Shown piece by piece: positions 25,421-36,480 of a stretch of 64,000 nt of DNA. Source of the stretch: Chiloscyllium plagiosum. Lineage: Eukaryota. Both the position numbers and the translations under genes were made by a program. The DNA is taken from the NCBI RefSeq assembly GCF_004010195.1, contig NC_057749.1:6167933-6231932 (forward strand), given 5' to 3'. Position 1 is the stretch's first letter, and every line of letters begins with the position of its first letter. Below the pieces are notes generated by a model. The model made no database searches, was not told the DNA's origin, and worked only from the letters and a program-made list of their open reading frames with translations.

Positions 25421-26857
25421 TTGGTTTTACCTGTCTTCCATCCCTATCACTTTGTTCATATAATCCAGGACAATGCCTTATCCCTCTGGCTGTAATAACA
25501 TTTATTCACTGATAAGGATACCATAATATCCAGTTTCCTAATAATTCGGAGGTCAAAGATTTCCCCTAAGTCACATGGCCATGCAGATGTATGGCTGCAG
25601 GTTCCAGAAGACGTTGCCATACACAGACCATTATGTGGAGGTGCTGGTGCTGGGTTTTGGCAGGAAACATTGGGGTGAGCCCAGCCCCATATGGGTGCGC
25701 TGGTCTCATAATTACAGTCCTCCAGTTCCAGTCAGTGGTCTAGATGTTCACCTCCTACACATGCAAATTGAATTCAATAACTCTCAGCCAGATGTTCTGA
25801 TCAGGGTTGGTAAACCCTCTGTCGATTGTTCTGATGATAAAGAACCTACTTGCCATGAGATGACTTCAGTGCTGGAGATTCCGATAAAGGGGCTACCCTG
25901 TTATGTACCTGTCCAGGAAACTGTGAATCCAACAGCGAGTCATGTCCTCTCCCCCCCCCAGCCTTGTTCTCTGACTTAAACGTCCGACAGCACAACAAGG
26001 CATGTTGACAATTCTCATGAAAGTTTAGATATGCAAGGTAAGCGTGGATTGAGAGTGCCAGGTGATGGGCGGAGATGTGAAGAGTGCCAGCTGGATGATA
26101 GGTGAGAAGGGGTGCGGGCATGGTTGGCTACAGAGGGAACAGTCCAGGGTGGATTGTTGGATCCATAAGATGGGAAGGGGTTATCGGCTCTGGGGTCTGT
26201 CAGATCTGCATCAGGAAAGGCATGGCCAGGCCAGGAAAGGGGTTTGGAGTACCAAGATCGACTGTCGGCCTTTGCCTTGGGTCTGGTTAGATCAAGCCAA
26301 GTGAAGACAAGAAGGGGGGATAATGTCAGTCTGGTCAGGAGGCGAGGGTTTCTGGAATCAAAGAGGTGGAGACGGGGGATTTCGGATTTCTGGAGATGGG
26401 GATGTGGTGATGTGAAGGTGCCAGTCCATCAGTGTTGGTTAGGGGGATATTGGAAACAGATTGGGTTATAAGGGAGTTCTGGCTGGAGTATGGGGGTGGT
26501 GGTTGGGAGAAGTGGGGGAGTGGGGATGGCAGTCTTGGTCAGGAGTCCGGGTAGTGTAATGGATTGGGGGAGGTCTATTTAGGGGCGGAGGGTAGTGGAA
26601 TCTGTGATGAGTCGGGGGGTTCAGTTCAATAGTTACCTTGGACTTGGAATATGTTCACAATCCACAAATGTTTCCTGGGTGACTAATAGCTTAATTGAAT
26701 TGTAAATTCTGCAACTTTGGTGAACTCTTTCAGAATTGCTTATCGGAGGCATCTGCATTGGGAATTCTTCATGGTCACAATGTGCAACTTCAGTCTGCAC
26801 TGCACCAATAATGCCCTTGGAATAATCCCATTCTGACCCTTGGAGTATCTAGCTCCA

Positions 26858-27612
26858 AGCATAGAACATAGAACATTACAGTGCAGTACAGGCCCTTCAG
26901 CCCTTGATGTTGTGCCGACCTGTGAAAGCAATCCAAAGCCCATCTCACCTACACTATTCCATTTTCATCCATATGTGTGTCCAATGACTATTTAAATGCC
27001 CTTAAGGTTGGTGAGTCCACTACTGTTTGGGGCAATGCGCTCCACGCCCCTACTCTCTGAGAAAAGAAACTACCTGTGACATCAGTCCTATATCTATCAC
27101 TCCTTAATTTAAAGCTATGTCACCTCATGCTAGCCATCACCGTTTGAGGAAAAAGGCTCTCACTGTCAACTCGATCTAATCCTCTGATTATCTTATACAT
27201 CTCAATTAAGTCGCCTTTCAACCTTCTTCTCTCGAACAAAACAGCGTCAAGTCCCTCAGCCTTTCCGCGTAAGACCTTCCCTCCATACCAGGCAACATCC
27301 TGGTAAATCTCCTCTGCACCCTTTCCAAAGCTTCCACACCCTTCCTGTAATGCAGTGACCAGAACTGTACACAATACTCCAAGTGTGGCCTCACCAGAGT
27401 TTTGTACAGCTGCACCATGACCTCATGTTTCCAAAACTCAATCCCTCTACCAATAAAAGCTAACACACCGTATGCCTTCTTAACAACCCTATCAACCTGG
27501 GTGGCAAATTTCAGGAATCTACGTGCATGGACACCGAGATCTTTCTGCTTATCTACACTGACAAGAATCTTACCATTAGCCCAGTACTCTGCATTCCTGT
27601 TACTCCTTCCAA
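26858..27612 (-). mobile_element. CR1 LINE 3' fragment, second subfamily with a (catagaa)n tail
   Basis: LYKTLVRPHLEYCVQFWS and ERVQRRFTRMLPG. Confidence 0.92.
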
Positions 27613-28239
27613 AAGGAACTTGGTTTCAGCTAAATGATCATTAGTGTTTCTATTTATTTTATAAATCTAAGTGGATCATGAAAGGCAAGAGTAAATTTAA
27701 TCAAATATTGCCCATACCTGGGCTAACCTATGTGTAGTTAACTTTATTTCATTATATCTTCAGAAATATGAGAGCTAAGAAGCAATAATTGCATCCCTTT
27801 CAGCATTGCCTGTATTCTAAAAAACAATCAGAAAGCAAAAACAATAAAGACCTTCCCTCTACTGTAACATCAGAAGTGGGCGTGTATCCTGAGGATTGTG
27901 CATTGTTAACCGTCATATGTGAATCCTCAGTTACTGAAGTAACAAGAACAAAATCAGAAATTGCTGGAAAAAATCAGCAGGTCTGGCAGCATCTGTGGGG
28001 AGAAATGTTTTGGATCCAATGACCCTTCTTCAGAACTGATGATAGCTGGGAAAGGGTTGGTACAAATGCTAAAGAAGGGATGTGGGGAGGGCACAGGAGT
28101 AAACAATAGTGGAGGTAGAGCCCAGCGAGAGAGAGTACAACAGTTGGACAGACAAAAGTGTGGGTAAAGATCAGCCTGGGAGAATGCAGCAAGACCTGGC
28201 AATATCCAGTTTTAAATTGCCAAGTGGCAAAACACATTC

Positions 28240-28880
28240 ACACCACATGAGTACCAGGCAATGGCTATCTCCAACAAGAAAGAAAATCCAACCATCTCCT
28301 CATGGCATTGCCATCATTGAATCCACCAGTATCAGTCTCAGGGGGTTACCATTGACCTGAAACTAAAATGTTCCTGCCATAGAAATCCATGATTCCTCAA
28401 AGCCTGTTTAAGGCACAAGTCAAGAGTGAAATGGTCTATGCTCCCCTTGTGGAGATGAAAGTAGTAGCAATAACATTCAAGAAGCTTGACATCATCCAGG
28501 GCAAAATAGCCAGGTTGATTGGCTATCTACCTCGTTTAACACGCAATCCATACATGGCTGACACACACTGGCAGTGTACTATCTACAAGATATTTGAACA
28601 ACAGGACCTTCCAAACCCATGACTTCTACCACCTAGACCGACAAGGGCAACAGAGGCATGCGAACTGCACCCCCTGTAATTTCCCCTTCAAACCACACAC
28701 CATCCTGACTCAGAACTTTGTCACGGTTCCTTAAGTGCCCTGGAGTCAAAATTCTGGAACTGCGTGCCTACCTACACCGCAAGAACTGCTGCAGTTCATG
28801 GAGGCAGCTCACCACCACATTCTCAAGGACAATTACGGAGAGGCAGCCAGCAATAACCACAAACCTTGAGCGATTCTTTT
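28240..28880 (+). mobile_element. Decayed LINE 3' end (CR1/L2 group); related pieces at ~3100-3545 (+) and ~32585-33240 (-)
   Basis: LFKAQVKSEMVYAPL...KLDIIQGKIARLIG is an RT thumb-like segment, and gcagctcaccaccac..tctcaagg is shared among the copies. Confidence 0.65.
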
Positions 28881-29109
28881 AAAAAAAATGCATGGATGAC
28901 AGTATAGAGTTTGGTTTCCATGCCGAATGAAGATTGTATTTTCCTTAGAAGAAGAACTACAAAGGTTCACTGGATTGACACCTGGGACGACAAGGCTGAC
29001 TTATGAGTAGACATTGAACATAGTGAGTCTCTACTCTCTTGAATTCAAACAATTGAGGTGCATTCTTTTTGCAATACTGACAGGGTTTACACATTATAGG
29101 GGTGTGAGT

Positions 29110-29476
29110 GATCAGTGTTATCGTGAGTGGCATGGATATGGTAAATAAACAAGGTCTTTTCCCTGGGTTGGGAAAGACCAGAACTAGAGGGCATAGATTT
29201 AGGGTGAGAGGGGAAGGATTTAAAAGGGACCTAAGGGGAAACGTTTTCATGCAGAGGGTAGTGCGTGTATGGAATGGGCTGTCTGAGGAAGTGGTGGAGG
29301 CTGATACAATTACAACATTTAAATGGCATCTGTATGGCTACATGAATAGGAAGGGTTTAGAGGGATACGGGCCAAATGCTGGAAAATGGGGCTAGATTAA
29401 TTTACGATATCTGGTCGGCATTGACAAGTTGGACCGAAGGGTCTGTTTCCGTACTGTACGTCTCTATGACTCTATG
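29110..29476 (+). mobile_element. CR1 LINE 3' fragment
   Basis: TRGHRFRVRG..RDLRGNVFMQRVVRVWN, with a ctctatgactctatg tail. Confidence 0.9.
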
Positions 29477-29554
29477 TGTGGCAGAACCAGAAAAGAAACG
29501 GAGCAAAGGTCATCTCAATGTTGAGAGAATCTCACTTCATCAAATTCAATAACT

Positions 29555-29805
29555 CATAGAGTCATAGAGCATGGAAACAGACCCTTCGGCCGAACTTCTC
29601 CATGCCAATCAGGTTACCTAAACTGAAGTAATCCTGTTTTTCTGTCTTTGGCCCATAATCCTTTAAACCTTTCCTATTCGTGCAACTATCTAAATGTCAC
29701 TTAAATGTTGTAAATGTACCCACCTCTGACACTTCCTCTGGCAGCTCATTCCATATACCCACCACCCTCTGTGTGAAAGTGTTGCACTTCAGGTCCCTTT
29801 TAGGA
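29555..29805 (-). mobile_element. CR1 LINE 3' fragment
   Basis: tcatagagtcatagag tail followed by CR1 3'UTR and ORF2 end. Confidence 0.85.
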
Positions 29806-31634
29806 AATTTCAGGATTCCTGTTGCTATCACTCACACTTCTGTACCCATTGACTCATGGCGCTAAAATGTTTGAAAATGGATTATACAACCCAGAATCCC
29901 CTGTATGATGATGAGAGCCAATTGCTATCACATACTTCAGCCATTTAATTAACTGATAAGAGAGAACTCAGTGCCTGATTTTGAGTTGATGCTTCAATTA
30001 ATTACCCAATGACATTAAACACTGGGGGGAGTTATAGTAATGTTAATCATATGGTTTAATCAGATCCTCACAGTAGTCTGACACAAACTCCTCACAATAT
30101 ATTTTCTTCCAGTGTTTTATATCTCGTCCGCATTCCCCCAACCCTTTCATTCCAGTATTCTTTCTACTCCTGAAGGTGTCAACTCACAACAAACAATCAC
30201 ATTGGCATACTCTGTTTATTTTCTGAATTTAAGTTATTTAGTCATACAGCCACTCCAACCAAGCTCTCCCTCACCTTCTAAATGTACAATTTGCCTCAGA
30301 GGTCAATGACCATCAACTGGAAGTGGATCTACAATGATATTTTCCTTATTGTATTGCTACAGTCATCAAGTCTGTCCTTTTGTTCTAGTGCAAACTCTGG
30401 CCAGAGTAAACAGTCCTTAGTATGTCAAAGTCTGGCTTTCTAAGCCTCAATAGCGCTGAATAACATGTTCAGGATTTAAGGTCTGACTGAGACGATTACT
30501 AACTCAACATCAACTCACTTGTTCACAATAGGAAACATTGTCATCGATCATCAGATTGTGATCTTACCTGCAACAGCTACTGGAGTTCTGAGTGAGGGAA
30601 CAGTTTTGAATGGAGTTTTGTATTGATTTACTAAGACATGAGTGCTTTTATTAAGATCAACATGTGCAGTTTTTTGAAAATTGCATTGGGAATTTTGTCA
30701 ACCTAAAGCTGCCAGTGCACATGTACCAGCAGAGAGAGTCTGAATTGTAAAGAAATGGAACATTATACAATAAGTAATTAGATTTTAAGGACATGATCAT
30801 CATGGAGAGTAGATGAGGTTGAGTGGTGTCCCATATGTGATGGTACTGTGCCTTTGAGAGTTGTATTCTGTCCTGTTCCTTTGCAGAGGGGTGTTGACAC
30901 AGTTGTGCCAAAATATCTCCATCGAGCATGCAGTTGGTAAATAGCTTTTCAGTTCTCCCTTGATGTTTTGTTGAAATGAGGCAAAAGAGACATGAGTGGG
31001 TGGGTCCAGGACTCATTCATCCCTCAGCAAGAGACTGGATAGAACACATCTCTTAAAGGCACAGTACTGTCACACATATCAAGAAGAGAGCTTGTGAATT
31101 CTCTGTAGAGAACCCGCTATGATATTCTTGGGACGCAGCAAGTTACATATTCAGTCAAAGATATTTAGAGTTTGAACTGCTCAAGCTATTAAACAGGAAT
31201 CCTTTATTATATTATCAATTATTTCCTAGCAGATTCCAATTGCACAATTCAGCTTTAAGTAGACAAAATGCACAGTATAATTTTCAATAAGTTGCACAAA
31301 CTGATCTTAACAATGACAGTTATATCTTATGAAATCATCGCAAAGTTCCACTCAAAACTATTCTCTCACTCAGAACTCCGGTGGGTAAGATTGTGATGGC
31401 ATTGTGCTTAAAGTAGGACTCATACTGAAGGTTAATATTGCATGTTGGTGGCAAGGCAGAAGGATCAGAGGGGGTAAGTGGAGGGCATTATTTTAACTCC
31501 TCCCAACCACTCACTCTTCACTGGTTCACATTCCACCAGCTAGAGGACAGTCAACATTGGGATCGAAGAGTGCATAACTTTGCTAAAGCCTGGAGGTAGA
31601 AAGAAATATGGTGAAATGGTGAACCTTATGCTTC

Positions 31635-31888
31635 AATAACAATGGGGTGACAAAGTGCAGTAGGAGACTAAGGCTGGTACTCCATCATCAAGTCATCCTT
31701 TACTTACATGTGTGTAGTATGTGACACTGACCCAGATAGCTCAGAAACAGCTTTTAGAGTAAGCAGAACCCCTGATGCTCCCGTTTATCTGTCAGCCAGG
31801 GATCCCTGATTAGACCAGGTTAACAACTCCAATCCAGGAACTCATATTCTATGAGATCCACTTGGCTGACTTCACTTCAATCACTGCG
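31635..31888. mobile_element. Possible short solo LTR
   Basis: About 250 bp bounded by tgcagt...actgc inverted ends. This rests on pattern recognition only. Confidence 0.35.
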
Positions 31889-32204
31889 GAGAACATTCTG
31901 TCCATCAGCTTCTTTGAGAATGCTACCCAGTTCATTACATTCTCTTGTACTTTGATCACGACCCTCCAAATGTTCCAATTGATTCCATTCCATGTCAATA
32001 ATTAGCATTGAATCCGTTTCCAGTTCCATTTTCAGAAAACAACAACTATATCTGTAATAAAAGCAAAATAGTGGAGATGCTAGAAATCTGAAATTAAAGC
32101 AGAGATATTGGAGAAAGTCAACAAGTCTGGCAGCATCAGTGGAGAGAGAAACAAAGTTAATTTTCCAAGTCCAGTATGATTCTTCTTCACAGGCATATGT
32201 TTCT

Positions 32205-32570
32205 AAGTGCCTTTAATGTAACAACCCATGTTCCTATGCATCACAGACAATGCACAGTATAAGACTGAGCCACTTAAGGAGCTATTTGGCCACGGTGATA
32301 TATTTTAAGGTGTGTTAAGGGGAGTAATAGAGATTGAGGGAAGGGTATTCCAGAGCTTAGGGCTTAGGCAACTGAAGGTGTCGTTACCAATTGTACAAAA
32401 TGTCGGGTGCACAACAGGCCAAATATAGACAAATAGAGATCTCGACGGGTTATGGGGTTGAAGGAGATAACAGAAATACGGAAGAGCGAGGTCATTTGAA
32501 AGCAAGGAAGGGAATGTTAAAATCAAGGTGTTACTTGACTGGGAACCAAAGTAGGTCAGTGGACACAGGT
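32205..32570 (-). mobile_element. L2-type LINE remnant (a similar piece lies at ~46350-46600, +)
   Basis: FSCLSPKLWNTLP resembles the L2 ORF2 end, and the two loci are mutually similar. Confidence 0.6.
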
Positions 32571-32750
32571 CTTTTTTACCTGTTATTCATTTGTGGGATG
32601 TGTGTGTGTGTCACTGGCTGGGCTAACGTTTATTGCCCCTCCTGAGTTGCCCTTGAGAAGGTGGGGGCGAGCTGCCTTTTTGAATTGCTGCAGTTAACCT
32701 GCTGTAAATAAATCCACAATGTCCTAAAGGATCTATTTACCGTGCCTCAA

Positions 32751-33072
32751 GGCGGCACGGTGGCTCAGTGGTTAACACTGCTGCCTCACAGTGCCAGGGA
32801 CCCGAGTTCAATTCCCGCCTTGGGCAACTGTCTGTGTGGAGTTTGCACATTCTCCCCGTGTCTGCGTGGGTTTCCTCAGGGTGCTCTGGTTTCCTCCCAC
32901 TGTCCAAAGATGTGCAGGTCAGGTGAATTGGCCGTGCTAAATTGCCCGTAGTGTTAGGTGTCAGGGGTAAATGTAGGGGAATGGGTCTAGGTGGGTTGCT
33001 CTTCGGAGGGTCGGTGTGGACTTGTTGGGCCGAAGGGCCTGTTTCCACGCTGTAGGGGATCTGATCTAAAAA
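32751..33072 (+). mobile_element. tRNA-derived V-SINE (HE1-like)
   Basis: A box tggctcagtgg, B box gagttcaattcc, V-domain-like core tgtgtggagtttgcacattctccccgtgtctgcgtgggtttcc, and CR1-like tail gggccgaagggcctgtttcc. Confidence 0.9.
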
Positions 33073-33431
33073 AATACAGGTAGGAGTTCCGGGATTTTGA
33101 CCCAGCGACACTGAAGGAATGGCGATATATTTCGAAGCCAGGATGGTGAGTGGCTTGGAGGGGAACTTGAATGTGGTGGTCCCACATATCTGCTGCCATT
33201 GTCCTTCTAGATAGAAGTGATTGTGTATTTGGAAGGCAGATTTCTGGTGAATTTCTGCTCTGCAGGATGGTGAAGAAATAAAGTTAGGACATGGGTAGCA
33301 GAGATTTAGATTGACAGAAATTACACTTCACATCAGGAAAAGAAAATCTCTGGTTCTTTGGTGAATTGCGTTGAATGCTTTCAATCTCGCTAAACAGATG
33401 TCTAACATGTTCACACTTGCTGTTTCCACAG

Positions 33432-34981
33432 GCAAGAAAAATTCCATCTTGCTTCATAAAGTGCAGCATGACCTAAACTCTGGTGCCTTGAACTATCAGG
33501 AGAGTGAGATTATCCAGCAGATCGTGCAACATGACCGGGAGATGGCGCAGAACATCCAAAATAATCCAGTGCCCACAGTGTCCACGCCTACTCCGGTCAT
33601 CTGGACCCCGCTGGTTCAAGCCCCTCTCCAGACAGCAGCAGCGACCACTTCAGTGGCGATTGCATTGACCCATCCCCATTCACACCTCTGCGGCAACATG
33701 TTCCAGCCTTCGGTGTCCATATTGAACTCACTGGGGCAACAAGCCAGTCAGACGCCAGGCCAGCCGAAGCAGATGCCATGCTCTGCGCCCACCACCGGAC
33801 CCTCGTCCATGGGCTCCCCATCCAGCACACCATCTCAGATGCAGACCCCCTGCGCGGAATCGCCCTCGGCCGCTCTGTTCCAGACCCACCAGCTCAAGGG
33901 GGGCTCCGCTTCCAGCAGCCTGAGCCAACTCCAGCAGCCCCCGACGGGATCACCCCCACCCCGTAGCTCAGGGGTGACCCCTGCGGCTCTGAGTCAGGCC
34001 CAGCCACCATCCCCCAGCCTGAGCCAGCTCCAGCAGCTCCTGAGCCACTCGCCCGCCCCCGGCCTCCAGCCGTCCTCCTTGGGGTCGTCCTCGCCCGTCT
34101 TCACGCAGTTCCGCCAGCCTTCGCCCGGCTTGAGCCAGTTCCACCCCGCCACCAAACCGCCTCAGACACACACTGGTCCCCTTCAGCTCCCCCCGGGCAG
34201 CAGCACCCAGTCGGCGGAGCTGAAGCACTTCCTGCACCCGGTGTCAGGCTCTCCCTCGGCCAGTCAAGCGGGCACGGGCTCCCTTCCGTTCTGTCCGAGC
34301 CCCCTCCCTCCAGCTGCTTCGGGTTCTCCGTCGGCTCAGTTCCCGGTGCCGCAGAGTGGGAGAGGGCAGCTACCAGGATCCAGGATCCAAGCTCCACCAG
34401 AAAAGCCCAGCTACCCGTCGGCCGTGGTGTCACCGCTCCAGCAGCATCCAAGCACACCGTGCTACTCCCCCGGTGCTCTGAGCCCTCCGGTTCAAAGTCC
34501 AGTGACTAAAAGGACATTTCACTGCGGCTCCTCTGAGGCATCAGGCTCCCGCACGTCTCTCCTGACACCACAGACCCCTCCGGCCGTTCAGCAGATCATC
34601 ACTCTCAAAAGCACGCCACCGCTGCCAGTCGGACGCTTGACACAGGACCTTAAGGGGATCTCTGCCTCCCAGCCATCCTTGCCACAAGAGTTGGCTCAAG
34701 CAGCACATCAGAGCAGCCCTTCCTCAGGCAGAGAATCTGCTGGCAGCGTGATGAGTTTTACAAGGCCCAGGCGGCTGAGCAAACCGTGCAGCTCCATCCC
34801 TGAGCGTATGACTCTACCAAGGCAGATGTCATCAGGTTGTTTACCTCAGTCACAAGGACATGTACTTGGCACATTTTACCCAACTACGTTATCTAAGGAC
34901 GAGACTGGTCCTCAGAAGGGATCAGTAACCTTTGGTTCTGATTTGGAACCTGTTCGGTCGAAGCTCCCTTCCAATTTGTGA
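33432..34981 (+). CDS. HCN4: Terminal coding exon of an HCN4-type hyperpolarization-activated cyclic nucleotide-gated channel (end of CNBD plus Pro/Ser/Gln-rich C-terminal tail)
   Basis: The translation [39 protein letters not shown]...[29 protein letters not shown], later [19 protein letters not shown], and the terminus [11 protein letters not shown] match HCN4 as I know it. The acceptor tgtttccacAG ends at 33431 and is phase 1 (G|GC). The ORF is open for about 516 codons to TGA. HCN4 orthologue versus HCN4-like paralogue is not resolved. Confidence 0.9.
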
Positions 34982-35300
34982 GGTTATATGAACAGGTCAC
35001 GAGTAATCAAATTTATTATATATATATATATAAAATTCTCTTTACTTCTGTATAACTGTGATTTTTTTTAGATAACCAGTTATTCTAGAGCTATAGTTTT
35101 GTGTCGCATTATTTTATAAATTTTCATACGAAGGGAACTGTGTAAATTACTGCAGATAAATATAGTATGGCCTCTTTCGCAGTATTAGAACTAATAGCAA
35201 AATGGTATAGGGATACTCAAATGTAATTTTTCTTTTAGAAAGAAAACATACTTAATGATGCTTGAAGCTTCATTAAAGGTCAGAAACAATTTAGCACCAA
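34982..35300 (+). promoter_or_regulatory. Proximal 3'UTR of the HCN4-type gene, with a short (TA)n run and a candidate ATTAAA poly(A) signal near 35272
   Basis: AT-rich, non-repetitive sequence directly after the stop codon. The true 3' end is unknown. Confidence 0.5.
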
Positions 35301-36154
35301 CAAGTAGTCCAGTAATGCATCCAACGTCAAGGTTTCAACTCAGGTGAAGCTCAATTGATGCTCTACTCTTCACCAGTCGATGTACATGGGTAGGAGAAAC
35401 CTTTGCTCTCAGGTACTTAGAGCTGTCAGAATGTTCCAACGTTAATTGATATTTAAAATTGGTGTTAAATAGGGTCAAGGCTGGACGGACCGTGGAACAG
35501 TGCAAATGCGTAGGGGCAAGGGTTAAATCAAGTAACATTCAATATAATTTTCAAGCATTAAAGTTGGGTCTTTGAGCTAGAGTAACCTCATTGGCACATC
35601 CTTTACACGAAACACTTGCAACCGATTTTTTTCACCTCACATCCCATTTACTCTATTTGCATTTATAAAGCGTCTTTCAACATCTCACAGTGTTTCACCA
35701 AAGTGCCATCAAACAGAACTTGACACCAAACTACCCAAGAGGGTATTCAGACAGGTATGTATGTGCTTGGTCCAAAAGCATTATATTCATAAGATGATAT
35801 GAGACTAATGCAGGAGAGGGCCATTTTACTGATTGACTCCACTCTACTATTCAATAGAATCATGACTTATTTAAGAGTGGTCTTAACCCAACTTTCCAAC
35901 CTGTCCTCCATGTATCCCTGATTGTTCAAAAATCTTTCTAAGTCGAGCTTTAATGACCCAACTTTGATTGTTCCCTCTCAAAAGGAATTCCAAATGAGAA
36001 TGATCCTCTGAGAGAAGAAACTGCATCTTAAATGGGAGATGCCATATTTTTAAAACCGTCAATAGACGTGAGGCTGGAACAGCACAGCAGATCAGACAGC
36101 ATCTGAGGAGCTAGAAAGTCAATGTTTCAGGCTGAAGCCCTTTGAAACCCATCC

Positions 36155-36480
36155 GCTGGTGGGTGAGACTAGGATTAGGGGACATGGCCTCAAGGTTAGG
36201 GGGAGTAGATTGAGGACAAAGATGAGGAGGAACTGCTTTTCCCAGAGAGTAGTGAATCTATGGAATTCTCTGCTCAAGGAAGCAGTAGAGGCAGCGTCAT
36301 TAAATATATTCAAGACACAATTGCATGGGTTTTTGCAAATTAGGGGATTTAAGGGTTATGTGGATAATGCAGGTAGGAGGAGTTGAGACAATGGATAGAT
36401 CAGCCATGATCTTAATGAACAGTGGAGCAGGCTCGACGGGCCAAATGGCCTACTCCTGCTTCTATTCCTATGAAACTATG
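36155..36480 (+). mobile_element. CR1 LINE 3' fragment lying between the two arms of a fold-back element
   Basis: TRIRGHGLKVRGSRLRTKMRRNCFSQRVVNLWNSL, with a tatgaaactatg tail. Confidence 0.88.

Larger units (their letters stand above)
1..33431 (+). other. Inferred last intron of the HCN4-type gene (5' end lies outside the window)
   Basis: It ends at the acceptor at 33430-33431. I found no penultimate CNBD exon ([23 protein letters not shown]-type) by eye upstream. Confidence 0.65.

Noticed and set aside
25560..26850. G-rich tract with several short ORFs as a gene or named transposon
   Set aside because: It is probably an old non-autonomous repeat, but I could not establish termini or protein motifs.
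33371..33431. N-terminal 20 aa of the 536-aa ORF as a real protein start
   Set aside because: HCN similarity begins exactly at the acceptor AG (33430-33431), so the upstream part is intron read in frame.
33597..34457. Antisense and alternative-frame ORFs overlapping the HCN exon
   Set aside because: These are expected by-products of a GC-rich, low-complexity exon and resemble no protein I recognise.
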